Shown here piece after piece: positions 18,317 through 25,834 of a stretch of DNA of 32,000 bases. Every line of letters starts with the position of its first letter. Positions within the stretch are counted from its first letter, which is position 1. Under the pieces are notes generated by a model. That model searched no databases, was not told the origin of the DNA, and saw only the letters and a list, made by a program, of their open reading frames with translations. The DNA is from Pseudodesulfovibrio mercurii (lineage in GTDB: Bacteria; Desulfobacterota; Desulfovibrionia; Desulfovibrionales; Desulfovibrionaceae). A program made the position numbers and the translations under genes. The DNA is taken from the NCBI RefSeq assembly GCF_000189295.2, contig NC_016803.1, positions 60,001-92,000 on the forward strand, in the 5' to 3' direction.

Positions 18317-19339
18317 CTAGTCCCCCTCGGCGGGCTGTGTCGCGGGCCCGGTCCCGTGGTCGAAGCGAACCGTCACCGGCATGCCCAGCCGGAGCCGGTT
18401 TTCGGGGTCGTGGACGTTCAGCCGGACCTCGTAGACCAGGGAGGTGCGCAGCTCCGGGGTTTCCACGGAGCGGGGCGTGAATTCGGCGGTGGACGAGATG
18501 AATCCGATCCAGCCCTCGAACCGCTCGCCCGGCCAGGAGTCGGCCACGGCGTAGCCGCGCATGCCCGGCTTGATCTGGCCGAGCTTGTCCTCGGGGATGT
18601 AGGTCCGGACCCACTTGGGGTCCATGATGCCCAGGGTGAAGACCGGGTTCTGGGCCGAGGCCATGTCGCCCGGCTCCAGGTTGCGGCTGCGGACCACGGC
18701 GTCGCTGGGCGCGTAGAGGGTGCTCTCCGCCAGCTTGACCTTGAGGGTCTCCAGGTCCGCCTCGAGCTTGTGCAGGGAGGCCCTGGCCGAGGCGATCTCC
18801 TCCCAGCGGGCGCCCTTTTCCATGAGGATGCGGTTCTGCACCGCCACCTGGTACTTGGCCTTGGCCACGTCGTACCGGGCCAGGGCGTCGTCCAGGTCCT
18901 GCTGGGCGTTGGCCCCGCTCTTGAGCAGCCGCGACTGGCGGTCATAGGTCCGCTTGGTCAGGTTCTGTTCTGCCAGGGCCTGGCGTTCCTCGGCCCGGGC
19001 CTGCTGGATCTCCTCGGGCCGGGACCCGTTCTCCAGCTGGAGAACCACGAAATTCTGGGCGTCCACGCCCGCCTTGAGGGACGCTATCTCGGCCTCCAGC
19101 CGCCGGGTCTGCAACCGGGCCAGTTCCTGGCCCTTGGCGACCACGTCGCCTTCCTCCACGAGGACGTCCTGAATCCGTTCGCCGTCCTTGAAGGCGAGGT
19201 TGACCTGACGGATGTCCACGTTGCCGTAGAGCACCAGTTCGCCCGTTTCCGCGCATTCGCCGCAATAGGTCCTGTAGGCCCAATAGCCGCCTCCGCCGAG
19301 GAGAACCAGGGCCGCGATGATGATGACAACCTTGCGCAT
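18317..19339 (-). CDS. HlyD-family periplasmic adaptor (YbhG-like)
   Basis: The start is ATG 19339. It has an N-terminal TM helix VVIIIAALVLLGGGGYWAY, a lipoyl-like segment VLVEEGDVVAKGQELARL, a long coiled coil and a C-terminal beta-barrel segment. Confidence 0.85.
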   Translation of the reverse strand: MRKVVIIIAALVLLGGGGYWAYRTYCGECAETGELVLYGNVDIRQVNLAFKDGERIQDVLVEEGDVVAKGQELARLQTRRLEAEIASLKAGVDAQNFVVLQLENGSRPEEIQQARAEERQALAEQNLTKRTYDRQSRLLKSGANAQQDLDDALARYDVAKAKYQVAVQNRILMEKGARWEEIASARASLHKLEADLETLKVKLAESTLYAPSDAVVRSRNLEPGDMASAQNPVFTLGIMDPKWVRTYIPEDKLGQIKPGMRGYAVADSWPGERFEGWIGFISSTAEFTPRSVETPELRTSLVYEVRLNVHDPENRLRLGMPVTVRFDHGTGPATQPAEGD

Positions 19340-19371
19340 AGCGTGCCGACTTCCTGTTGTTTGGTGAAGAT

Positions 19372-19875
19372 TCACGCGCCTTGGGCGCGGAGCGGAAACA
19401 GCTTTTCGACCAGCCGCTTGAGCTCGTCCTTTTCCCCGTCGTCCAGGGGCGAGAGGGTCCGTTCCATGAGCGCGATGCATTCCGGCAGGACCCGCTCGAT
19501 GAGCGCTGCGCCCGCCTGGGTCAGGACGAGCACGGTCTGCCGCCGGTCGCTGTCGTCCGGCTGCCGGGTGATCAGCCCCTGCTTCTCCAGGCGCTGGGTC
19601 AGCCCGGACATGGTCGCCCGGGTGATGCCCTGTTCCTCGGCCAGTTCCGAGGGCAGAGCCCGCCAGACCTCCCGGCGCCGCAGGAGCATGAGCACGATCC
19701 AGCGGCTGTGGCTCAGGCCGTGCCGGTCGAGCAGACGGTCCAGGTGGAACAGGCATTCGCTGCCCAGGGCGAGGAGCCGGATGAACGTCTGCACCCCGGT
19801 CACGTCGGCCTGGGGGAACATGCACCGCAGACGGTCGATCATCTCGGCGTCGGGAAAGTCCTTGAGGAAAAACAT
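19372..19875 (-). CDS. MarR-family transcriptional regulator
   Basis: Winged-HTH segment LSHSRWIVLMLLRR...LAEEQGITRATMSGLTQRLEKQGLITRQPDDSDRRQTVLVLTQAG. The start is at ATG 19875; ATG 19884 overlaps the predicted -10 element. Confidence 0.85.
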   Translation of the reverse strand: MFFLKDFPDAEMIDRLRCMFPQADVTGVQTFIRLLALGSECLFHLDRLLDRHGLSHSRWIVLMLLRRREVWRALPSELAEEQGITRATMSGLTQRLEKQGLITRQPDDSDRRQTVLVLTQAGAALIERVLPECIALMERTLSPLDDGEKDELKRLVEKLFPLRAQGA

Positions 19876-19882
19876 GCCTCTC

Positions 19883-19911
19883 ATTTTAGTTAGGAAGCTA
19901 ATTACTGTCAA
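19883..19911 (-). promoter_or_regulatory. Candidate sigma-70 promoter of the marR operon
   Basis: The minus strand reads TTGACA-N17-TAAAAT. The -10 ends 7 nt before ATG 19875, which implies a leaderless or near-leaderless transcript. Confidence 0.5.
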
Positions 19912-19939
19912 GGGGCGGCGGCGACCGGCCTGGTCCCCC

Positions 19940-19968
19940 TTGACGGATTCCGTGGTTTTCACGAGTAT
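19940..19968 (+). promoter_or_regulatory. Candidate divergent promoter for the dsrE-like/omp85-like pair
   Basis: TTGACG-N17-GAGTAT. Its -35 element lies in the right arm of the 9-bp inverted repeat GTCAAGGGG/CCCCTTGAC. Confidence 0.35.
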
Positions 19969-20092
19969 CGTCCTGCCCCGGCGTGTTGTCTCGCCGCGTG
20001 AACGCTTTTCGCCGGGGCCGCGGCCCGCGTCCGCGCGGCCCGTTCATCAACCCTTTCAGCCCAATTCGGCTTTCCCCTCCGAGGTGACGGAT

Positions 20093-20434
20093 ATGCGGTA
20101 CGACGTCCTGTTTCATTTCGATCACGACCGCCAGGCCCTGGATATCGCCTTCAGCAACATCATGAACTACCTGGCCGCCTTTCCCGAAGACCAGCCTGCC
20201 GTGGCCCTGGTGGTCAACGGGCCGGGCGTGCTCTTCCTGGACCGCGACGGCGAGTATGCTGAGCGGTTCCGCGAAGCGATCGCCAAGGGCGTGGCCGTGA
20301 AGGTCTGCAACAACGCCCTGCGCAAGTTCGAGATCGATCCCGAGCGGCTTTGTCCGGGGTGTGTGGTGGTGCCCGCCGGGGTGGTGGAGATCGTCGAGTT
20401 GCAGCGCCAAGGGTTCGCCTACGTGAAACCATGA
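20093..20434 (+). CDS. DsrE/DsrF-like family protein (COG1416-type), 113 aa
   Basis: GAGGTG lies upstream of the ATG. NGPGVLFL...KGVAVKVCNNALRKFEI...VVVPAGVVEIVELQRQGFAYVKP matches the COG1416 DsrE-like pattern (...aC.Nt....VPaGV.El..lQ..GyaYikP). No signal peptide is present. Confidence 0.75.
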   Translation: MRYDVLFHFDHDRQALDIAFSNIMNYLAAFPEDQPAVALVVNGPGVLFLDRDGEYAERFREAIAKGVAVKVCNNALRKFEIDPERLCPGCVVVPAGVVEIVELQRQGFAYVKP

Positions 20435-21816
20435 CCTGCCGGGGAGACGACCAGCGCATGCGCCCGCCCGCCGGTGCGCCGCCCGGACCCGCACGCGCGC
20501 CGTTGTGGCGCGCCCTGCGGTGGGTCCGCGTGCTGCCGTTGCTCTGGCTGGCCTGGGCCGTGCTCGCCGGGCCCGTCCCGGTGCGGGCCGAGAGCTTCGG
20601 GCCCGCCCTCATCCGCAAGGCCGGTCCGGAAACCGACACGACCGGCGGGGACGCCAAGGAGCAGGGCGACGAGGACGGGGAGGAGAAGCCCACCCGCTCG
20701 ATCCTGGTGCCTTTCGCCTTCCGTTCGGACCTCGTGGGGCTGGCCGTGGGCATCGGGGGCGGGATCACCGGGTTCCAGGACGGGCAGATGAGCGTGGCGG
20801 GCACCGGCTACGTCTCGACCCAGAAGGCGGCGGTGGTCATCGGGGCCGTGTCCAACTACCGGGTCTGGAACACGGAGCGGATTTTTCTGGACACCATCGG
20901 CTCCCTGGGCACCTATCCCCACCTGTGGATATTTTCCGGTTCCGATGGCGCGGGCAACAACGCCTCGCAGAAGACCGACCGGCTCAGCGGGCGGGGCCAC
21001 GACAACTGGCTGGAGGCCAAGTTCAAGTACGTCCTGCCCTGGGGCGGCGGCGCGGACGACCCCATCGCCGACTACCGGCTGCGGGACGGCATGCTTGTCG
21101 CCGGGGCCACGGGCGGGGGCGACTGGAACCCGCTGAAGGGCGGCCTGACCTACCTCGACGTGACCCCGTTCTACCGCGACCAGACCATCAAGGAGAGCGA
21201 TTCCGAGCCGGTGGTCTACGAGACCGCGGGCGTCCGCCTGGGGCTGCGCCACGACAACACCGACTTTCCCCTGAACCCGACCACCGGGAGCAAGCAGAAG
21301 ATCGCCCTCAGCCAGGGGTTCGACGTCATGGCGGACAGCGTCAACTGGACCGCCCTGGAGGGCGAGTGGAGCAGGTTCTTTTCCCTGGGCCCGTCCGACT
21401 CGGCGCGCCAGCGCGTGATCGGCATCGACGTCTGGACCGTCGGGACCCTGTCCGGCCAGCGCCCGCCGCCCTTCGAGGGGGCGACCCTGGGCGGCATCGA
21501 CCGCATGCGCGGCTTCGACAACAACCGCTTCAACGACCGGGCGGCCCTCTACTACGGGTTCGAATACCGCTACATGCCCCGCTGGAATCCGCTGAAGAAC
21601 CTCCGGCTGGCCAAGGTGGACTGGGTCCAGGTGACCCTGTTCGGGGAACTCGGCCGGGTGGCCGACGAGTGGAACCTGCTGACCCTCAACAAGGACATGA
21701 AGTACGACGCCGGGGTGCGCTTCTCGGCGCTGATCAACGACTACCTCGGCCGCGCCGACTTCGCCTTTTCCCCGGAGACCTGGCACATCCGCGTCATGGT
21801 CGGCCTGCCGTTCTGA
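20431..21816 (+). CDS. Outer-membrane beta-barrel protein of the Omp85/bacterial surface antigen family, no evident POTRA domains
   Basis: The ATG at 20431 overlaps the upstream stop (ATGA); ATG 20458 is an alternative. Signal peptide: LPLLWLAWAVLAGPVPVRA/ES. C-terminal part: GGIDRMRGFDNNRFNDRAALYYGFEYRY...AGVRFSA...HIRVMVGLPF, ending in a terminal Phe. Confidence 0.75.
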   Translation: MTCRGDDQRMRPPAGAPPGPARAPLWRALRWVRVLPLLWLAWAVLAGPVPVRAESFGPALIRKAGPETDTTGGDAKEQGDEDGEEKPTRSILVPFAFRSDLVGLAVGIGGGITGFQDGQMSVAGTGYVSTQKAAVVIGAVSNYRVWNTERIFLDTIGSLGTYPHLWIFSGSDGAGNNASQKTDRLSGRGHDNWLEAKFKYVLPWGGGADDPIADYRLRDGMLVAGATGGGDWNPLKGGLTYLDVTPFYRDQTIKESDSEPVVYETAGVRLGLRHDNTDFPLNPTTGSKQKIALSQGFDVMADSVNWTALEGEWSRFFSLGPSDSARQRVIGIDVWTVGTLSGQRPPPFEGATLGGIDRMRGFDNNRFNDRAALYYGFEYRYMPRWNPLKNLRLAKVDWVQVTLFGELGRVADEWNLLTLNKDMKYDAGVRFSALINDYLGRADFAFSPETWHIRVMVGLPF

Positions 21817-21874
21817 GCGGACGCCGGGGCGGGCTGCGGCCTGACGCCCCCGCCGTCTCCGGGAGCGGGCCGGC

Positions 21875-23023
21875 CTAGCCCATGAGGTCGCCCGCGCTGA
21901 ACACGGGCGCGCCTTGGCGCATGGTCAGGACGGCGCAGGGCAGGGCCGGGTCCGCGTCGTCCACCACCACCAGGTCGGCGCGTCGGCCCGGTTCGATGGC
22001 CCCCCGGTCGGTCAGGCCCACGGCCTTGGCCGGACCGGCGGAGACCAGCCCCCACGCCTCGGGGAAGGGACAGACCTTTTCCCGGGCCAGGGCGAAGGCG
22101 GCCTGGAGCAGGGAGGGGTAGAAGTAGTCCGAGGTCAGGACGTCGCACAGCCCCATGCGCACGGCGTCGCGGGCCATGAGCCGGTTGATGTGGCTCTTGC
22201 CCCGGAGCGCGTTGGGCGCGCCCAGGACCACCTTGCCGCCGAGTTCGCGGGCGGTGCGGGCCGTGGCCTCGTCCAGGGGAAATTCCGAGATGGCGCAGCC
22301 CAGCCCGTGGTACCAGGCGCGCGTGGCCGGGTCCGGATCGTCGTGGGAGGCCATGGGGATGTTGCGTTCCACGGCCGCCCCGGCCAGCCGCTCTATGCCT
22401 GCGGGCACGGCTTCGGCGCGCTCCCTGATCTCGGTGATCCGGGCGATGAACTGGTCCCGGTTCAGGCCGGTGCGGTCCAGGTAGCCGGACATCTTGGCGT
22501 AGCGGTCCAGGTTGGAGAACATGGCGTCGATGTGGTCGTTGAAGGCGAGCATGTCCACGAGCCCGTCGCGCAGCCAGGCCTGCACCTCGTTCAGGGCCGG
22601 GAGGTTGTAGGTCTCGAAGCGCAGGTGCAGCCGGGTGTCGCAGCCCAGGCGGCCGCGCACGGCGGCGAAGTCGGACAGAAATGCGTGGGCCGCGTCGCGG
22701 CTGCGCAACCCCGGCTCCCAGGAGACGGTCAGGCCGTGGAAGGCGGTGGTGATGCCGTTGGCCGTCATGGTCCGGTCCGTGTCCAGGAGCCCCAGGGCCC
22801 GCTCGAAGGAGACCCCGGCGCGCGGCATGATGTGCCGCTCGAAGCCGTCCCCGTGCAGGTCCACGATGCCGGGCAGGACGAGTCTGCCCCGGACGTCCAG
22901 TGAAGGTTGCCCATTGCGGGCGCCGCCCAGTTCGCGGATGACCCCGTCGGCCACGGTGATGTCCGTCCGCCGCACGTCGCCGTCCGGGAGCAGTACGCGT
23001 CCGTTTCGAATCTGCATATCCAT
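21875..23023 (-). CDS. phnM: PhnM-family amidohydrolase (alpha-D-ribose 1-methylphosphonate 5-triphosphate diphosphatase-like)
   Basis: LPGIVDLHGDGFERH, RLHLRFE, MASHDD, ISEFP, LGAPNALRGKSH and VLTSDYFYPSLLQAAF parallel E. coli PhnM segment by segment. Confidence 0.85.
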   Translation of the reverse strand: MDMQIRNGRVLLPDGDVRRTDITVADGVIRELGGARNGQPSLDVRGRLVLPGIVDLHGDGFERHIMPRAGVSFERALGLLDTDRTMTANGITTAFHGLTVSWEPGLRSRDAAHAFLSDFAAVRGRLGCDTRLHLRFETYNLPALNEVQAWLRDGLVDMLAFNDHIDAMFSNLDRYAKMSGYLDRTGLNRDQFIARITEIRERAEAVPAGIERLAGAAVERNIPMASHDDPDPATRAWYHGLGCAISEFPLDEATARTARELGGKVVLGAPNALRGKSHINRLMARDAVRMGLCDVLTSDYFYPSLLQAAFALAREKVCPFPEAWGLVSAGPAKAVGLTDRGAIEPGRRADLVVVDDADPALPCAVLTMRQGAPVFSAGDLMG

Positions 23024-23183
23024 CCATCATCCTTTTTTTCGTCACGTGGTTCATGAACATCGCGCGGCCGTCGGGCGACGGTCCCGTGACGCGGTCCGGC
23101 CCGCGCCGTCCGTCCGGAACGGGACCGCGACCGGTCCCGCCGGGGAGCCATGTTCGTCGAGGAGGGTGGCGGAAGTAAAGCAG

Positions 23184-23206
23184 TAGACAGGTGGCCGATC
23201 TGTCTA
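23184..23206. promoter_or_regulatory. Inverted repeat TAGACAG-N9-CTGTCTA in the phnM/phnD divergent region (candidate PhnF/HutC-type operator)
   Basis: Perfect 7-bp arms. A GTCTGTTGTAC element follows at 23217-23227, and a related GTCTGTAC occurs upstream of phnF at 26641-26648. Confidence 0.3.
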
Positions 23207-23326
23207 GGGGAAGTTCGTCTGTTGTACGTCCAACCGCAATCCGGCCGTAACCCGGCGGCCATACTCTGTGACCGAACAAACCGTCGGCATGGGCCGACGC
23301 AACCGGAAATCATGGAGAGAGATGCA

Positions 23327-24208
23327 ATGAAACGTTCTGTCGTCACCCTGTTGTCGGCCCTGCTCATGGTCCTGGCCATGTCCACCTGGGCCCTGGCCGC
23401 CGAGACCGTTCGCCTGGCCGTCACCGACCTGGAAGGCATGGAGGAGCTCCAGCGGGAGTTCGGCGTGTTCAAGGAGAAGCTGGGCAGCCTGACCGGCTAC
23501 GATTTCGAGTTCTTCCCGGTCAACAACCGCACGGCCGCCGTGGAGGCCCTCAAGTCCCAGCGGGTGGACTTCGTCCTGACCGGCCCGGCCGAGTACGTGG
23601 TCTTCAAGAAGCGCGTCAACGCCGAGCCCGTGGTCGGCTTTTCCCGGCCCGACTACTTCGGCTCGATCATCGTCCTGGCCTCCAGCGGGATCAACTCGGT
23701 CACGGACCTGAAGGGCAAGAAGGTGGCCATGGGCGACGTCGGCTCCACCTCCAAGCACCTGGCCCCCATGCAGATCCTCAAGGACAACGGACTCGATCCC
23801 CTGAAGGACGTCAAGACCCTGCACGTGGACTACAAGGTCGGCTTCGAGGCCCTCAAGCGCGGCGACGTGGCCGCCTTCGCCACCACCAACGACAAGTTCC
23901 TGAAGATGCGCTCCAAGGACAAGCAGCTTCCGGCCGGGGCCTTCAAGGTCATCGCGCGCGGTCCGGACCTGCCCAACGACGTGCTCGTGGTCGGCCCCCA
24001 CGTGGACAAGGACGTGGTCGCCAAGGTGCGCGCCGCGTTCGCGGACCACTCCGACGAGATGGTCGCCGCCATCCTGACCGGCGAGGACAACCAGAAGTAC
24101 AAGGGCATGGTCTTCCTGCCCCAGGTCAAGGACGCGGACTACAACTACGTGCGGTCCATGTACGCCACCATCGGCTATCCCCAGTACTCCGACTTCGTGG
24201 GTGACTGA
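23327..24208 (+). CDS. phnD: Phosphonate/phosphite ABC transporter substrate-binding protein (PhnD family)
   Basis: The start is ATG 23327 (GGAGAGAG upstream). Signal peptide: VVTLLSALLMVLAMSTWALA/AE. PhnD-like segments are GYDFEFFPV and MGDVGSTSKHLAP. Confidence 0.85.
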   Translation: MKRSVVTLLSALLMVLAMSTWALAAETVRLAVTDLEGMEELQREFGVFKEKLGSLTGYDFEFFPVNNRTAAVEALKSQRVDFVLTGPAEYVVFKKRVNAEPVVGFSRPDYFGSIIVLASSGINSVTDLKGKKVAMGDVGSTSKHLAPMQILKDNGLDPLKDVKTLHVDYKVGFEALKRGDVAAFATTNDKFLKMRSKDKQLPAGAFKVIARGPDLPNDVLVVGPHVDKDVVAKVRAAFADHSDEMVAAILTGEDNQKYKGMVFLPQVKDADYNYVRSMYATIGYPQYSDFVGD

Positions 24209-25002
24209 TGCTCAAGTTCAATACGTCCGCCGGGGAGACGCCCCCGGCGGTCATGGTCGATGAACACAGGGAAATCCGGGTCGAAGGGCTGGTCAAGTCC
24301 TTCGGCCGGGTCACGGTTCTGGACGGCGTGGACCTGACCGTGAACAAGGGCGAGGCCGTGGCCCTGGTCGGGTCCAACGGCGCGGGCAAATCGACCCTGC
24401 TGCGCTGCCTGCTGCGGCTCATCGAGCCCACGGGCGGGTCTCTTGAAATGGGCGGGGTGGACGTCATGGCCCTGCGCCGGCCCGGCCTGCGCAAGCTGCG
24501 CAGCCAGGTGGGCTTCGTCTTCCAGAAACACAACCTGGTGCCGCGCCTGACCGCCCTGACCAACGTGCTCCACGGAGCCCAGAGCCGCAAGCGCGGCCCG
24601 AGGGTCTGGTGGCACATGCTGGCCACCGACGGGGAGCGCCAGGAGGCCATGCGCTGCCTGCAACTGGTCGGGCTGTCGCACGTGGCCGAGCAGCGCGTGG
24701 ACCAGCTGTCCGGCGGCCAGTCCCAGAGGGTGGCCATCGCCAGGGCGCTCATGCAGCGGCCCAGGATCATGTTCGCGGACGAGCCCGTGGCCAGTCTCGA
24801 CCCCAACGCGGGCGAGGAGGTCATGCGCCTGTTCGTGGACCTCATCCGCAGCCGGGGGCTGACCCTGGTCTACACCTCCCATTCGGTGCGCCACGCCCTG
24901 GAGTACTCGGACCGGGTCATCGGCCTGCGCGACGGGCGCATCGAGATGGACAGCGCGTCCAGGGACCTGGACCCGGAAACCCTGCGGAGGATCTATGGCT
25001 GA
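24208..25002 (+). CDS. phnC: Phosphonate ABC transporter ATP-binding protein
   Basis: GSNGAGKSTLLRCL, LSGGQSQRVAIARAL and IMFADEPVASLDP are present. The start overlaps the phnD stop (TGATG). Confidence 0.9.
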   Translation: MLKFNTSAGETPPAVMVDEHREIRVEGLVKSFGRVTVLDGVDLTVNKGEAVALVGSNGAGKSTLLRCLLRLIEPTGGSLEMGGVDVMALRRPGLRKLRSQVGFVFQKHNLVPRLTALTNVLHGAQSRKRGPRVWWHMLATDGERQEAMRCLQLVGLSHVAEQRVDQLSGGQSQRVAIARALMQRPRIMFADEPVASLDPNAGEEVMRLFVDLIRSRGLTLVYTSHSVRHALEYSDRVIGLRDGRIEMDSASRDLDPETLRRIYG

Positions 25003-25834
25003 CCATACCCGGGAAGGAAATCGTTTCGTCTTCGACGGCCAGGCCGCGGACCCGGCGCTGCTGCCCATCCGCTTCCCCCGGCCCAGCGCCCTGGCCTTCG
25101 CGCTCTACGCCGCCGGGCTGGCCTTCTTCGTCGTCTCCATGCGCAACATCAACTTCTCCCTGGCCGAGTTCGTGCACGGCTTCCCGTACATCGTGGACCT
25201 GGTCTCCGAGATGTTCCCGCCGTCGCTCAGGCGCGTGGACGCGGTGGCCCTGTCCCTGCTGGAGACGTTGCAGATGGCCCTGGTGGGCACGGTCTTCGGG
25301 GTGGCCTTCAGCCTGGTCCTGGGCATCCTGGCCTGCAAGAGCCAGAGCCCCAACAAGGTGCTCTATTTCCTGTCCAGGAATCTCATCGCCCTGTTCCGGA
25401 CCGTGCCCGACCTGATCTGGGCGCTGTTCTTCGTGGTCATGGTCGGCCTGGGGCCGTTCGCGGGCACCCTGGCCATCATGGTGGACACCATGGGGTTCTG
25501 CGGCCGGTTCTTCGCCGAGGCCATGGAGGAGGTGGACAAGGGCCCGCAGGAGGCCCTGGAGGCCCTGGGGGCGAGCCGGCTGGGCACGGTCATCTGCGCG
25601 GTAATCCCGGCGGCCCTGCCTTCGTTCGTGAACACGGCCCTGTTCAGCCTGGAAAAGGCCACGCGCTCCTCGGTGGTCCTGGGGCTGGTCGGGGCGGGCG
25701 GCATCGGCATCGAGCTCAAGGTCTCCATGGACATGTTCATGTACTCCGAGGCCTCGACCATCATCCTGCTGATCTTCGTCCTGGTCCTGGCGGTGGAGCA
25801 GCTCTCGTCCCGCCTGCGGCGGATGATCCTCTGA
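24995..25834 (+). CDS. phnE: Phosphonate ABC transporter permease
   Basis: It overlaps phnC by 8 nt. PhnE-type features are RTVPDLIWALFFV, the EAMEE...EAL.A.GA loop and GLVGAGGIG. Confidence 0.9.
   Translation: MADHTREGNRFVFDGQAADPALLPIRFPRPSALAFALYAAGLAFFVVSMRNINFSLAEFVHGFPYIVDLVSEMFPPSLRRVDAVALSLLETLQMALVGTVFGVAFSLVLGILACKSQSPNKVLYFLSRNLIALFRTVPDLIWALFFVVMVGLGPFAGTLAIMVDTMGFCGRFFAEAMEEVDKGPQEALEALGASRLGTVICAVIPAALPSFVNTALFSLEKATRSSVVLGLVGAGGIGIELKVSMDMFMYSEASTIILLIFVLVLAVEQLSSRLRRMIL

Noticed and set aside
14154-18320. Plus-strand ORFs 14154..15470, 15322..17013 and 16581..18320 opposite the ABC operon
   Set aside because: They have H/G/D/Q/E/R-rich low-complexity translations. The minus strand encodes canonical permeases and a Walker A/B ATPase.
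18317-19825. N-terminal 162-aa extension of the HlyD ORF and of the ATPase ORF (to 18614)
   Set aside because: The extensions overlap upstream genes out of frame. ATG 19339 (MRKVVIII, TM helix) and ATG 18308 (MAETGG) give family-typical N-termini.
18356-20434. 692-aa plus-strand ORF
   Set aside because: Only the last 113 codons (from ATG 20093) encode the DsrE-like protein. The rest is antisense to hlyD and marR and runs through intergenic DNA.
21817-21874. GC-rich imperfect hairpin between the convergent Omp85-like gene and phnM, as a possible bidirectional terminator
   Set aside because: The stem is imperfect with bulges and there is no flanking T or A run, so I could not support it as an intrinsic terminator.
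20419-21878. 455-aa antisense ORF and 457-aa +3 frame ORF over the Omp85-like gene
   Set aside because: They have shadow-ORF composition, and the chosen frame has a signal peptide and a C-terminal beta-signal ending in Phe.
23150-23326. Upstream extension of phnD (MFVEEGGGSK...)
   Set aside because: It is not signal-peptide-like. The ATG at 23327 has GGAGAGAG upstream and yields a typical Sec signal peptide.
21914-23472. ORFs 21914..22903 (+), 21741..23279 (-) and 22765..23472 (-)
   Set aside because: They are antisense or frame-shifted relative to phnM and have low-complexity composition.
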